A stretch of 40,533 nt of DNA from a virus. Taxonomy: Duplodnaviria > Caudoviricetes. The DNA is taken from positions 1-40,533 of IMG/VR virus record IMGVR_UViG_3300032373_001200; one strand, given 5' to 3'. Positions within the stretch are counted from its first letter, which is position 1. Every line of letters starts with the position of its first letter. Positions 7,577 to 16,425 of this stretch are shown one piece after another. Below the pieces are notes generated by a model. The model saw nothing but the letters and a program-made list of their open reading frames with translations, did not search any database and was not told the origin of the DNA. Both the position numbers and the translations under genes were made by a program.

Positions 7577-7941
7577 GAGAGTTCAGCTCCTATTTTGTTT
7601 TTACATTCGGTGATTGATAGTGAGGCGATCTCTTGTTGCGTTGCGCCTACGAAATCAATCTGTTTGGGGGCGGTGCTTTCGCAGTGGTCGGTGTTGGTGG
7701 GTTCGCCATCAATTAACACATTTGCGGCATTCACTAAGTGGGCTATGTGTGAATCGTTGGAGATCACATTATTTTCGCTGAACAGGAAAGTGTCGTCTCG
7801 GGCATTGGTTAGGAATACATTCTCTGCGTTGTATGGTATTTCTAATCGCTCAGAGACGATCCTAAGTAACGCTGTCCCTATCGTTGCGTCATCCACTTCC
7901 ACATTCACTAGGTGTGTGTGCTTTGCAAGTATGTTAGGCAT
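7573..7941 (-). CDS. Hypothetical protein, paralog of 7085-7576
   Basis: Shared motif as above; GAGGGG RBS. Confidence 0.75.
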   Translation of the reverse strand: MPNILAKHTHLVNVEVDDATIGTALLRIVSERLEIPYNAENVFLTNARDDTFLFSENNVISNDSHIAHLVNAANVLIDGEPTNTDHCESTAPKQIDFVGATQQEIASLSITECKNKIGAELS

Positions 7942-7958
7942 GATGGTTTACCCCTCTT

Positions 7959-8105
7959 TTAAAATATACGTCCGAGCATTCCTAATAGCTCTATCCAAAG
8001 AAAGAATGCTGAAAAGAAACCTGCTCCAAATAAGAAACCGATAAAGGTAATTCCAAGTGCTCCTGTCTTAGTCAATTTCTTTTCTATGGCTTGCTGTTGA
8101 TTCAT
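7959..8105 (-). CDS. Small membrane protein (48 aa, not in the ORF track)
   Basis: MNQQQAIEKKLTKTGALGITFIGFLFGAGFFSAFFLWIELLGMLGRIF*; GAGG RBS; ATGA overlap. Confidence 0.7.
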   Translation of the reverse strand: MNQQQAIEKKLTKTGALGITFIGFLFGAGFFSAFFLWIELLGMLGRIF

Positions 8106-8377
8106 GAGTTGTCGCCTCTGACGTTTGTTGATTCCGGTTCTTCGTTACAGGCATCGTTCAAGAACTGCTTGATTTCCTGGTTTAAGCCTTCGAGCATTGC
8201 GACTTCTACTTGCTCAGGTTTTTCTAAGGTCGTTATGTGTAGCAACGTTTTATTGAATGATTCCGCACCGGCATAGAATGCGAGTTTCATCTCGCGTATT
8301 TGTACAGGTGGTGCGTTTGGTGGGATGACCATTTTTTGGAAAGATTCCCAGCGCTCTTGTAACGTGTTGTTCCTCAT
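8102..8377 (-). CDS. Phage hypothetical protein
   Basis: VIPPNAPPVQIREMKLAFYAGA motif; GGAG RBS. Confidence 0.8.
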   Translation of the reverse strand: MRNNTLQERWESFQKMVIPPNAPPVQIREMKLAFYAGAESFNKTLLHITTLEKPEQVEVAMLEGLNQEIKQFLNDACNEEPESTNVRGDNS

Positions 8378-8388
8378 GTTTACTGCTC

Positions 8389-9306
8389 CTATTCAATCCC
8401 CAACACTAGGGCGGCCTTTTGAAACTGCTTTTGTGGGGCGATTTCTTTTCCGGCTGCTTTACGTTGGGTGTGGTTTATGATGAGTGAGACGTTTTTCGGC
8501 GTGATGCCGTTTTGTTTGCCCCACTCGGCTTGGTTTAACTTTTGTTGTTTGATCGATTGGTTAAGCGTATCGATTACTTGTTCTTCGAAACTGAGGTTCG
8601 GTGTTGTGCTGTCTTCTTGTGGTGGTGAGCCTAGGTCGTCGAAATCAGGTCCTTCGTGTATTTTGTTGAATCTAGAGTTACCGGCAAAGGTATGAGTGTT
8701 GTAATCAATTTTCTTTTTCTTCTGTTCAACTTCTTTTTTCGATAGCAGGCGGATTGCTCGGATACTGATAAGCCATACGACGATTAGTGTGATCGCTTGT
8801 ACTGCGGCGATGATGTAGGTTTTTAGTGCTTGTGGTGGCGCTTCTGCTTCGATGAGGGCGGTTAACTCTGTACGGGCTTGGGTTACGTTATCGGTGGCTT
8901 TTTGAATGGCTGGTTCCCATCCTCCACGGTGTTCGCTTCTTGCTTTTACATCTTTTAAGAGTGCTTGCATGTCTGCAATTTGATTCTCTTTAATTTCGAT
9001 TAGGGCAGGGCGGTTTCTTTCGTCGATTTCGTGTTGTTGCATGGTTTCGAAAACGGGGCTGGCTATGTGGTAGAGGGGACCTGCTAACACCATGATGGAT
9101 GCAATAGTTGCGAGAGATATTTTCTTACCACAATTAAACCACCAATAGAGTGTTGCGGATTCGATGGCGACGGACCATAGTATTCCCCAGTAGTCACCGC
9201 CTAGGATATCGATCCAAAAGCGGATGCCGTGGTTTTGCATAAGTGCTACCGTCATTAGAACGATAATGACTGAGAACACTTTATTTGAAGTTGTTGCGTT
9301 TTCCAT
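8389..9306 (-). CDS. Multi-TM/coiled-coil protein with C-terminal HTH-like segment
   Basis: Four hydrophobic segments, a central coiled coil, and LNQAEWGKQNGITPKNVSLII. Confidence 0.75.
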   Translation of the reverse strand: MENATTSNKVFSVIIVLMTVALMQNHGIRFWIDILGGDYWGILWSVAIESATLYWWFNCGKKISLATIASIMVLAGPLYHIASPVFETMQQHEIDERNRPALIEIKENQIADMQALLKDVKARSEHRGGWEPAIQKATDNVTQARTELTALIEAEAPPQALKTYIIAAVQAITLIVVWLISIRAIRLLSKKEVEQKKKKIDYNTHTFAGNSRFNKIHEGPDFDDLGSPPQEDSTTPNLSFEEQVIDTLNQSIKQQKLNQAEWGKQNGITPKNVSLIINHTQRKAAGKEIAPQKQFQKAALVLGIE

Positions 9307-9472
9307 TTGGCTTTTTCAACCTTCCGAATTTTACGTGGAACATGAATTCAACGTGTTTTTTCACCAGGTCCCGCATTTCCTCGGGGACACTATCCAATAC
9401 TTTTTGCCTATCCTCTTTGTGGTATAGGCTCATTATTTCGTCAGCGTATTGGTAGGCGAGCTTTTGTCTCAT
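9281..9472 (-). CDS. Small phage protein downstream of the primase
   Basis: YADEIMSL...RQKVLDSVPEEMRDLVKKHV pattern recalled from phage early regions. Confidence 0.75.
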   Translation of the reverse strand: MRQKLAYQYADEIMSLYHKEDRQKVLDSVPEEMRDLVKKHVEFMFHVKFGRLKKPNGKRNNFK

Positions 9473-9488
9473 AACGATTGCTCTGCTC

Positions 9489-12191
9489 TTAGTGCTCTTT
9501 TTTGAAAACCCAACATCGAATTGACTTTTTCTTGTTATCGTCGTTTGGGTTAGGGCTATCCTTGGTGTAAAAAATAGAGGAGGCGACTGTTTTCTGTTCG
9601 ATGTATTTTCTACTCTTGCTTAACTTCAAATGTTGTTTTAACTCTTGAAGCGATGGAACTTGTTGCTTGTGGTCGGCTGCGACTTTTACAAAATGGTTTA
9701 AATTAATCCATATCAACTTGTCGTCATTGGCGTGGTTAAGTATGGGCAAACCTTCCGAATTTCGTGTCGGTGGGTTTAGATATTCGTAGGTATCCCAAAA
9801 GTCGCGCACGATTGGATGATCGGTATTAATTGACTCTTGCCGCTCGATCGCACACTCCATGATTTTTTCATGTGTTTTGTTGATGGTGCTTTCTGGCATG
9901 TCGATTACCGTGGCCATTGCATCTACCAATGCCATGAGTTGTGCGTGGGTTTCTGCAATTCGGATGCTGTGAATGCCATCGGTATTCATGAGGATGTCGA
10001 GATAAACAGGAAATTTATCCTTAACGATCGCTAATACTTTGTGTTCATTCAAAACTGATTTGAGGATGAAGCCTGACACCTCTTTCATGGGGATGCGTCG
10101 TAACTCGTCGGCAATGGCTTTTGTTTGTGCGTTTTGCCCTTCTTTGGTGTAGAGCAGTTGTATCAAACGTTCTAGCACCGCTATGTCGGCAACGATGTCA
10201 TTGTTTTGCTCGATAATGACAGAGCCACGAAAGGGTGGTGTGTAGGTTTCGGTACCTGAGTTTTTCACACCTCGTGCGGCCATGCTGCGCCCGTTGTAGA
10301 GTGGCTTCAGTAGGTTGTGCTCAAAGCCTTTGTATTTCGAATCTGTTTCGCTTCTGTCGCCTTCCATCAACACCACCGGTAAGTTTGATGCTTGAGCGAT
10401 GGTGCGAAAGAGGGCGGCTTTAGATGCGGAGCTGGGGTTAAAACCTTCGTGGTTTGCTCTGCCGGAACACTTCCATAAAAATTCGATAATGGTTGATTTA
10501 CCTGTTCCTGGCTCGCCTATCATTGCTAGGAAGGGGAAGGAACCGTGCATCTCGCGGATTTGTTCTGCGAAGAAGCTACCAAACCAGTAAGCTAAATTGA
10601 CCATGCCACGAAAACCGAAACAGCGTTGAATCATCGCTGGCCAACTACTGTTGTAACTCTCCAGGTTGATGTTGATATCCAGGTCTATGGATTTTTGTAA
10701 ACTCTTGATGCTGGTTTTATCCATATCGAAATAGTCTTCGTGATTGATTTTGTAAACCTCTCCATCCTTCACTGCGATGTTGTTAAACACGTAACATTTA
10801 TGCTCGCTTGAATAACCGAGGTAATCAATGGTTTCTACCACTTTCAGATCGTTTGTCATGTCTTCTACTATCCTATCCAGTTGGTTTTGGTTGCCTCTCC
10901 ACATGGCTCCTACTGCGTTGGAGATAAGGCGTTTTTTGAATTCGGCTGATGCACTAATTTGCGAACCGGTGAAGGTCATTTTTGTGGAGTTGTTGTAGTG
11001 GGGGAAATCGACTTGTGCGTAATACCATGCTTCGTCGATGACTTCGTTTTTTTGGTAGTAGAGAAAATTAACGCTACAGTTAGCAATGCGACATGTACCG
11101 CCCGATTGCTCTAAAGCTGTATCGCGTAATTCATCTTCTGATTTTTCGTCGGCATCTTCTTTGTTGTATAGCACCTTCATGATTTTGTCTAACTTATCAA
11201 GGTCAAGCGCATACCAATACATTCGACGGTTGTAAACAAACCAGAAATTGTTAATGTTCTCGGTTTTATAGATGAGCAAGGCTTTTTCAATTGCAGATTT
11301 TGCAATGAGTAAACTACCGTAGTATTCATAATTCTCAATGTCTTTTGGGGTAAGTTCACCTTTTTTGTGCAGGTCATTCCAATCGACTTTGCTTTGTTCT
11401 TTGCTTGGCTGTGCGGCTTCAACATTAAGTTTCTGCGATCGCATTTCCTTAACATGTTTTAAGGTCTCTTTGCGTCCTGCTACATCACCATCGAGCGCCC
11501 AAACCCACGTGATGTTTTTATCTTTGTATTTTTCGATTAACTTAGTGGGGTAGGTGCCTGCTGAAATTGAGGCAATTGCTTTCACTCCATTTAGGTTTAA
11601 TGCGATCGCATCCATACAGGCTTCACATATCCATATGTAATCATCTTCCTCTATGGTTAAGGTCGGTGGTTGCCACCATAGGCCGGTATACTCACCTTTA
11701 CATCGTGATGGCCGCTTGGTTTTCTTTTTGGTCTTTTCATCAGTGACGATAACCGTCTCGACGAATCGCTCCATGAAAACGGTTTTTTCTTCATTGAGAT
11801 AAAACTTAACTGTAGCTGTGCCTTTGTCGGCATTGGGATTGAAGTAATCACCCTGTTCATACCAACCTTTGATTTTTTTAAGATCAAAGCCTCGCTCGTG
11901 TTTCATGTAGGCATCGGCTGTAGCGTTAGGGTTTTCGTTAGTCGCTTTGTAACGTTCGTTGATGCTTTTAAATAAGTGCGGGTATTGTTCTTTGGTATCG
12001 AGGAAAAAACCACATGAACTACGGCCACACTTCACACGCCAAGGTTGATCGATTTTAGTGTAGAGTTGGTTCTCACCACAATCGGGGCTGGGGCATTTAC
12101 CATAGCGCAACCAACCATTGCCGCTTTTTCTGAATCCGTCGTAGTCACGCGTTAGTGCGCTGATGACTTCGTAGGCGACGCCTGTTTCCAT
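9489..12191 (-). CDS. DNA primase-helicase replication protein (Zn finger + TOPRIM + P-loop; P4-alpha-like)
   Basis: CPSPDC/CGRSSC, ICEACMDAIAL, WALDGDVAG, DWNDL, Walker A GEPGTGKST; start re-called at METGV (TAATG overlap, GGGGAG RBS). Confidence 0.92.
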   Translation of the reverse strand: METGVAYEVISALTRDYDGFRKSGNGWLRYGKCPSPDCGENQLYTKIDQPWRVKCGRSSCGFFLDTKEQYPHLFKSINERYKATNENPNATADAYMKHERGFDLKKIKGWYEQGDYFNPNADKGTATVKFYLNEEKTVFMERFVETVIVTDEKTKKKTKRPSRCKGEYTGLWWQPPTLTIEEDDYIWICEACMDAIALNLNGVKAIASISAGTYPTKLIEKYKDKNITWVWALDGDVAGRKETLKHVKEMRSQKLNVEAAQPSKEQSKVDWNDLHKKGELTPKDIENYEYYGSLLIAKSAIEKALLIYKTENINNFWFVYNRRMYWYALDLDKLDKIMKVLYNKEDADEKSEDELRDTALEQSGGTCRIANCSVNFLYYQKNEVIDEAWYYAQVDFPHYNNSTKMTFTGSQISASAEFKKRLISNAVGAMWRGNQNQLDRIVEDMTNDLKVVETIDYLGYSSEHKCYVFNNIAVKDGEVYKINHEDYFDMDKTSIKSLQKSIDLDININLESYNSSWPAMIQRCFGFRGMVNLAYWFGSFFAEQIREMHGSFPFLAMIGEPGTGKSTIIEFLWKCSGRANHEGFNPSSASKAALFRTIAQASNLPVVLMEGDRSETDSKYKGFEHNLLKPLYNGRSMAARGVKNSGTETYTPPFRGSVIIEQNNDIVADIAVLERLIQLLYTKEGQNAQTKAIADELRRIPMKEVSGFILKSVLNEHKVLAIVKDKFPVYLDILMNTDGIHSIRIAETHAQLMALVDAMATVIDMPESTINKTHEKIMECAIERQESINTDHPIVRDFWDTYEYLNPPTRNSEGLPILNHANDDKLIWINLNHFVKVAADHKQQVPSLQELKQHLKLSKSRKYIEQKTVASSIFYTKDSPNPNDDNKKKSIRCWVFKKEH

Positions 12192-12415
12192 TAAACAATC
12201 TCCCCACGGCGCGATAATTCGTAGTCGGACATTTCGCAAGTGCCGTCATCATCTGGGCCGTTGAGTCCTTTAAAATCTGGGACGCGAATGTGGTTTGTGG
12301 CTTTCCTGCCGAGTGCTGCGGGTATGCGTTTGATGAACTCAGCTTCGTAGCTACCTTTACCGAATGCGAATTTTATTTTTAATTCTGTTCCGGGTTTTAG
12401 TTTTGATGGTCGCAT
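12191..12415 (-). CDS. Hypothetical protein
   Basis: AAGGAGG RBS; coupled to the primase start. Confidence 0.8.
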   Translation of the reverse strand: MRPSKLKPGTELKIKFAFGKGSYEAEFIKRIPAALGRKATNHIRVPDFKGLNGPDDDGTCEMSDYELSRRGEIV

Positions 12416-12433
12416 GATTCCCTCCTTGTATTT

Positions 12434-12943
12434 CTATTCCGCTACTTCATCGATGTGGTTTAAGAACTCCATCAGTTTGGCAATGTGTGATACTGCGGCT
12501 TCGCGAATTTCTTTTGCTTCGCCTTTGCTTATCTTGCTGCCGTTTTCACTCTTGGGGTCGAACGCGCCGTGGATGCGGCTGCAGGTGAAGCCCATGGCTG
12601 ATTGCCAATCGGAGAAGCGTGAGAGTAGCTCGACATCGCCGGTGAAGTGTTCTGGATCGGGGAGGGGGAAGCAGGCGTGGTTTAGCATCTCTGCGTATTT
12701 GTAGAGAATGGTTGGTTGCGGTAATTCGCAATCGATAAAGTAGGCGGTGGTTAAGCCGAGTTTTGCTGCGTTGTTTCCGTTGAGTTCGTTGTTTAAGTAG
12801 TGGGGCGATTTACCTATGCGTGGCCCCATGGCTTTTGCTCCTGACTTACCATCGGCTTTAAACGCTTCAACGGCGCTATGAGCGGCTACGGTTAATGGGT
12901 CCCAATGCGCTGGGGCTTTTTTTAATTGTTGTGCGTGTGACAT
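12434..12943 (-). CDS. CII-like (186/CP76-type) regulatory protein
   Basis: GAKAMGPRIGKSPHYLNNELN...KLGL pattern; second gene of the early operon. Confidence 0.75.
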   Translation of the reverse strand: MSHAQQLKKAPAHWDPLTVAAHSAVEAFKADGKSGAKAMGPRIGKSPHYLNNELNGNNAAKLGLTTAYFIDCELPQPTILYKYAEMLNHACFPLPDPEHFTGDVELLSRFSDWQSAMGFTCSRIHGAFDPKSENGSKISKGEAKEIREAAVSHIAKLMEFLNHIDEVAE

Positions 12944-12988
12944 ATCCTTAAATCCTCACGTTTACGGTTTTGAGAAATGGGAATATTC

Positions 12989-13243
12989 TTATTCCGTAAA
13001 ACCGAACTCTTTGGCGAGTTCGAGATTTGCTGGCTGTTTTGCCCAACGATCGAGTTGTTTTTCCAGCATGATTCTCGCGTAAGGGCCAGAATTATTGACT
13101 TTCTTTTCTGTGGCGATGTGGTTAAGGGCTTTTGCGTATTTCTCATTTTGAAAGCGAACCATAACGGATAGGCTGAGTGGTTCGACGTTGGGTTTTGGTT
13201 GTTGGTTTGACTTGGTAGCTTTATTGGCTCTTTCAGTTGTCAT
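12989..13243 (-). CDS. Cro/Cox-position regulator (RHH-like)
   Basis: First early gene, divergent from cI; SVMVRF strand followed by two helices; AAGGAG RBS. Confidence 0.65.
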   Translation of the reverse strand: MTTERANKATKSNQQPKPNVEPLSLSVMVRFQNEKYAKALNHIATEKKVNNSGPYARIMLEKQLDRWAKQPANLELAKEFGFTE

Positions 13244-13258
13244 AATTTAAAATCTCCT

Positions 13259-13295
13259 TTTAACGAAGTGTTACGGAATGTAAAGCTCTGTTACA
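13259..13295. promoter_or_regulatory. Switch operators: four TGTWACA-like heptamers at 10-bp spacing
   Basis: TTTAACG-aag-TGTTACG-gaa-TGTAAAG-ctc-TGTTACA. Confidence 0.65.
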
Positions 13296-13341
13296 TCCCT
13301 AAAGAGAATTAAAGCACAGGAATTGCAAAAAAGGAAGTAAA

Positions 13342-14148
13342 TTGTTTACAGATAAATTAAGGTTCCTTTTAGGGAACAGGACAAGGCAGCATACTTGGGG
13401 AGTGGGTATTGGTCTAAAAGGCACCATGATCAATAAAATGTTTAAGGGTGCCTTTCCTGGCCCTGAGTATTTGAAAAGAATCGCTATTGCCGAAGGCGTG
13501 AGAGTGGATTGGTTACTCGGGCTTGACGATGGCCCACCATTTAAAGTTCGGCAGAATCTTCAAGATGAAGCGAGTGCCTTGCGGATTAGGGACTTGGTTG
13601 TTGAGGGATTTGAACCAGTTCTTTTGCTTGATGAAACAGGTCGAGCTTGTGTTGTTGCGACTAAACAAGAACATATTAAATATGATTCGGATAGTGAGGC
13701 GAGGTTTGTTGCGGTTGAAATCCTCCCTAATATCGGTGAGGAATCCGTTGAAGCATTGGAGAGCGTTAACACCCATTATTCCCTGATTATTCAATCAAGC
13801 GTTTTAAGTAAAATTGCCAAGGGCTGGATCTCACCTTACGAACTCACGCGTGAAGATGGCATTCTTAGTAAAAAAGATCGGGTTAAAAGAACAGGGGAAA
13901 TTCAAGAACTTGTCGAGGAATATAGTGTTGATAACAGCACGACTGAAGATTTGATTCGGCGAACGGGTAAATTAAAACATGCGGAAGAAGAGGGTTCGCC
14001 ACTCAATGAACTCTATGTATTGCTTGATGTGTTTCGATATTTAGAACCGGAGGCGTTGAAAGATCTAATGGAACATGCGCGAACTTTGGCAGCGGAACAG
14101 CTTGCACGGGAATATGAATCACCAGATTCGTATAAGAAAACAAGCTGA
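13342..14148 (+). CDS. Prophage repressor (N-terminal XRE HTH, no evident S24 peptidase domain)
   Basis: PGPEYLKRIAIAEGVRVDWLLG motif; divergent from the early operon; TTG start. Confidence 0.8.
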   Translation: MFTDKLRFLLGNRTRQHTWGVGIGLKGTMINKMFKGAFPGPEYLKRIAIAEGVRVDWLLGLDDGPPFKVRQNLQDEASALRIRDLVVEGFEPVLLLDETGRACVVATKQEHIKYDSDSEARFVAVEILPNIGEESVEALESVNTHYSLIIQSSVLSKIAKGWISPYELTREDGILSKKDRVKRTGEIQELVEEYSVDNSTTEDLIRRTGKLKHAEEEGSPLNELYVLLDVFRYLEPEALKDLMEHARTLAAEQLAREYESPDSYKKTS

Positions 14149-14278
14149 TAGTTTTTACAGGGTTTCTATTTTCTTACTTATTTGCTATTGTATATTTTCT
14201 AGCCACTAATCGCTGGAACTAAAAATAAAAACCAGTCACCACAATTCGTGACACTTTCAAAAACTCTGAGGGGGGTTT

Positions 14279-14539
14279 ATGGGTCGTGTTGTGAATTTCT
14301 GTATTGAACAAATCCAATTTCTTGCAAAACAAAACCACATCTCTGATCGGTCTATTATTTTGCAAGCCAGTAAATTGATTCATTCTAAATCTATTATTCA
14401 ACCTTGCCGTTATAGTGATCAAGCAATTTCTACGGACGAGGTGAATTGTGGAGAAGCTATTAATCGTCGAGGACGACAAGGCGATTCGGGCGCTTTTGAA
14501 AAAAGTGCTGAAGTTAAAGCATTACGTGGAAACGACTGA
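14279..14539 (+). CDS. Possible leader ORF overlapping the ANTAR gene out of frame
   Basis: Strong GAGGGGGG RBS; 92-nt overlap with the next gene. Confidence 0.35.
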   Translation: MGRVVNFCIEQIQFLAKQNHISDRSIILQASKLIHSKSIIQPCRYSDQAISTDEVNCGEAINRRGRQGDSGAFEKSAEVKALRGND

Positions 14540-14993
14540 ACTTGTTGAAGATGCGAAGAATCGTGTTGAATCAGTCCCTTTTGATTTGGTGTTAGTTGAT
14601 CAGAACTTGCCGGATGGTACGGGGCTTGAACTAGCAGCGTATTTGGATGCGGAGCAAGTGAGTTTTATGTTTGTATCCGCTGATGATTCACCGGAGTTAA
14701 TGCGACAAGCAATGGAACTTGGTGCTTTAGGGTTTATCACTAAACCGTTTGACTTGGAGAAAGCACAAATCACTATCGATGGTGCAATTAACCAGGCGCT
14801 GGAGAAACGAAAAACGAATCGTGACCTGGTGGTGAATGTTGCGGTTGGTTTGATGATGGAACGTGGAAATCTGGCGCGTAAGGATGCGTATCTTAAATTA
14901 CGTGATAAATCACGAGAGCGTAATCTAACTATTATTGAAGCGGCTGAAGAGTTGATTGTGCAGGTTGAGACGGTTAACTATTATTTGTCGTGA
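14448..14993 (+). CDS. Response regulator: receiver + ANTAR RNA-binding domain (AmiR/NasT/EutV-like)
   Basis: LLIVEDD, LVLVDQNLPDGTG, FVSA, ITKP intact; C-terminal VNVAVGLMMERGNLARKDAYLKLRDKSRERNLTIIEAAEELI; GAGGTG RBS. Confidence 0.92.
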   Translation: MEKLLIVEDDKAIRALLKKVLKLKHYVETTELVEDAKNRVESVPFDLVLVDQNLPDGTGLELAAYLDAEQVSFMFVSADDSPELMRQAMELGALGFITKPFDLEKAQITIDGAINQALEKRKTNRDLVVNVAVGLMMERGNLARKDAYLKLRDKSRERNLTIIEAAEELIVQVETVNYYLS

Positions 14994-14995
14994 TG

Positions 14996-15988
14996 TTAGT
15001 TTGTTTCCATTTCAATATCACTCGTTAATCCTTGGCTGCCTATTTTATGGGTGATCTCTTTTACGATCCACGCTTGTTCTACAATCTGTTTTTTCCACCC
15101 ATCTAGTTCGACGGGTGTTTCGGGTATCATCTTTGGTTTGCCTACTGCCAGGCTTAAGCTGAATGTTGCTGAGCCTCTGCCTATTTTTCGCCATTCTGCT
15201 TCGGCTGCTTGCAGTGCTTCATCTTGTGTTGAGTGGACTTTGCGTAGTGTTTTTACTGTGCCGGGTTCTCCGGCCAATTCGTGTTTTGATTTTGCCTCTT
15301 CATCATCATACCAGTTAGCTTTTACGCCGGTGTATTTTCCTGTTCGTTCTGCAGAGTTGTAACTGTGGTCGTCGGCATCTTCTCGATTGAGCGTCACGGT
15401 TTTAAGTGTTTTACCGGATGCTGTTTTACTATCACCTGCGCGGAGGAATAATAGGGTGTTGTTTTTTACCGTGGCGATCGCATCATGCATCTTCGCCAAG
15501 CGGGTGAGGAAGTGGGCGTCGCTTTCGTTGGTTTGATCTTCATGTTTTATCATGCGGTTTGCTAGAGCATCGCTTACCCCTGATTTTAATTTATGTTTTG
15601 CTGCGATTGTTTTAATGATGTCGCTTATTGCAATATCGTCCCATGTTCTTATGCGTTGCTCTTTTAACGTTTTAAGATTGGCTGAACGTGCGCGAATGGT
15701 TAGCACATCGGGGGTGCCATCGTGGGAGACTTCATCAACGGTGAAGGTGCCTTTGTCTACAAGCTTACCTGCGAAGCCGATTTTTATTTGTATCTCGTTG
15801 CCTTCTTCGGGCAGGGTTAAGTTATCTTTACTGTCATCAAGCAGGATGTCGAGCTGGTCGGCTTCAAAGCCTCGGCTATCACGTAGTGTGAGTTCCATGA
15901 AGTGTTCTTGGTAAAGCGCGGTTTTGTCTTTACCGTTTACAATGATTTCGAAATCTGGTTGGTGGGTAATGTTGTCTGGCCCAAGCAT
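14996..15988 (-). CDS. D: Late control/baseplate hub protein gpD
   Basis: LTLRDSRGFEADQLDI, HEDQTNESDAHFLTRLA. Confidence 0.95.
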   Translation of the reverse strand: MLGPDNITHQPDFEIIVNGKDKTALYQEHFMELTLRDSRGFEADQLDILLDDSKDNLTLPEEGNEIQIKIGFAGKLVDKGTFTVDEVSHDGTPDVLTIRARSANLKTLKEQRIRTWDDIAISDIIKTIAAKHKLKSGVSDALANRMIKHEDQTNESDAHFLTRLAKMHDAIATVKNNTLLFLRAGDSKTASGKTLKTVTLNREDADDHSYNSAERTGKYTGVKANWYDDEEAKSKHELAGEPGTVKTLRKVHSTQDEALQAAEAEWRKIGRGSATFSLSLAVGKPKMIPETPVELDGWKKQIVEQAWIVKEITHKIGSQGLTSDIEMETN

Positions 15989-16416
15989 TAGAATGCACTC
16001 AATGCTATTCTTGCAACAGCACCGATTTTTTCAATGTCGGTGCTGTCTGCGCGTTTTAATTCAACGCTAAAGTCAATTTTTCGTGGTGCGCCATCTTCAA
16101 ACATGAACTCGTGTTTTTCTTTTACTCGGGTAACAATCCAGAATCCAAGCACGTATCCTTCGCCATCGATATAGGGCCAGCTTTCCCCTTCATCCATCAT
16201 TAGTCTGAGTTTGTCTAGATTCGATCTTCCTCCTGTAAATTCTGGCACTAAGGTTCCTTCTAGTGTGATGATGTCGGAACCTGGACCAACGTGTTGTAAT
16301 GAAGCGCGTTTGCCTGTTCGTGGATTCTCAGCCCACTCTTGTTGGGTATCACGCTCCCATGTTTCGTAGGGTGCGGTTGCTAGTTGAAAAGGGAATGGGC
16401 CGAGTATGGATAACAT
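15988..16416 (-). CDS. U: Tail protein gpU
   Basis: LGPFPFQLATAPY, GPGSDIITLEG, DGAPRKIDFSVELKR. Confidence 0.95.
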   Translation of the reverse strand: MLSILGPFPFQLATAPYETWERDTQQEWAENPRTGKRASLQHVGPGSDIITLEGTLVPEFTGGRSNLDKLRLMMDEGESWPYIDGEGYVLGFWIVTRVKEKHEFMFEDGAPRKIDFSVELKRADSTDIEKIGAVARIALSAF

Positions 16417-16425
16417 GAGTTGCTC

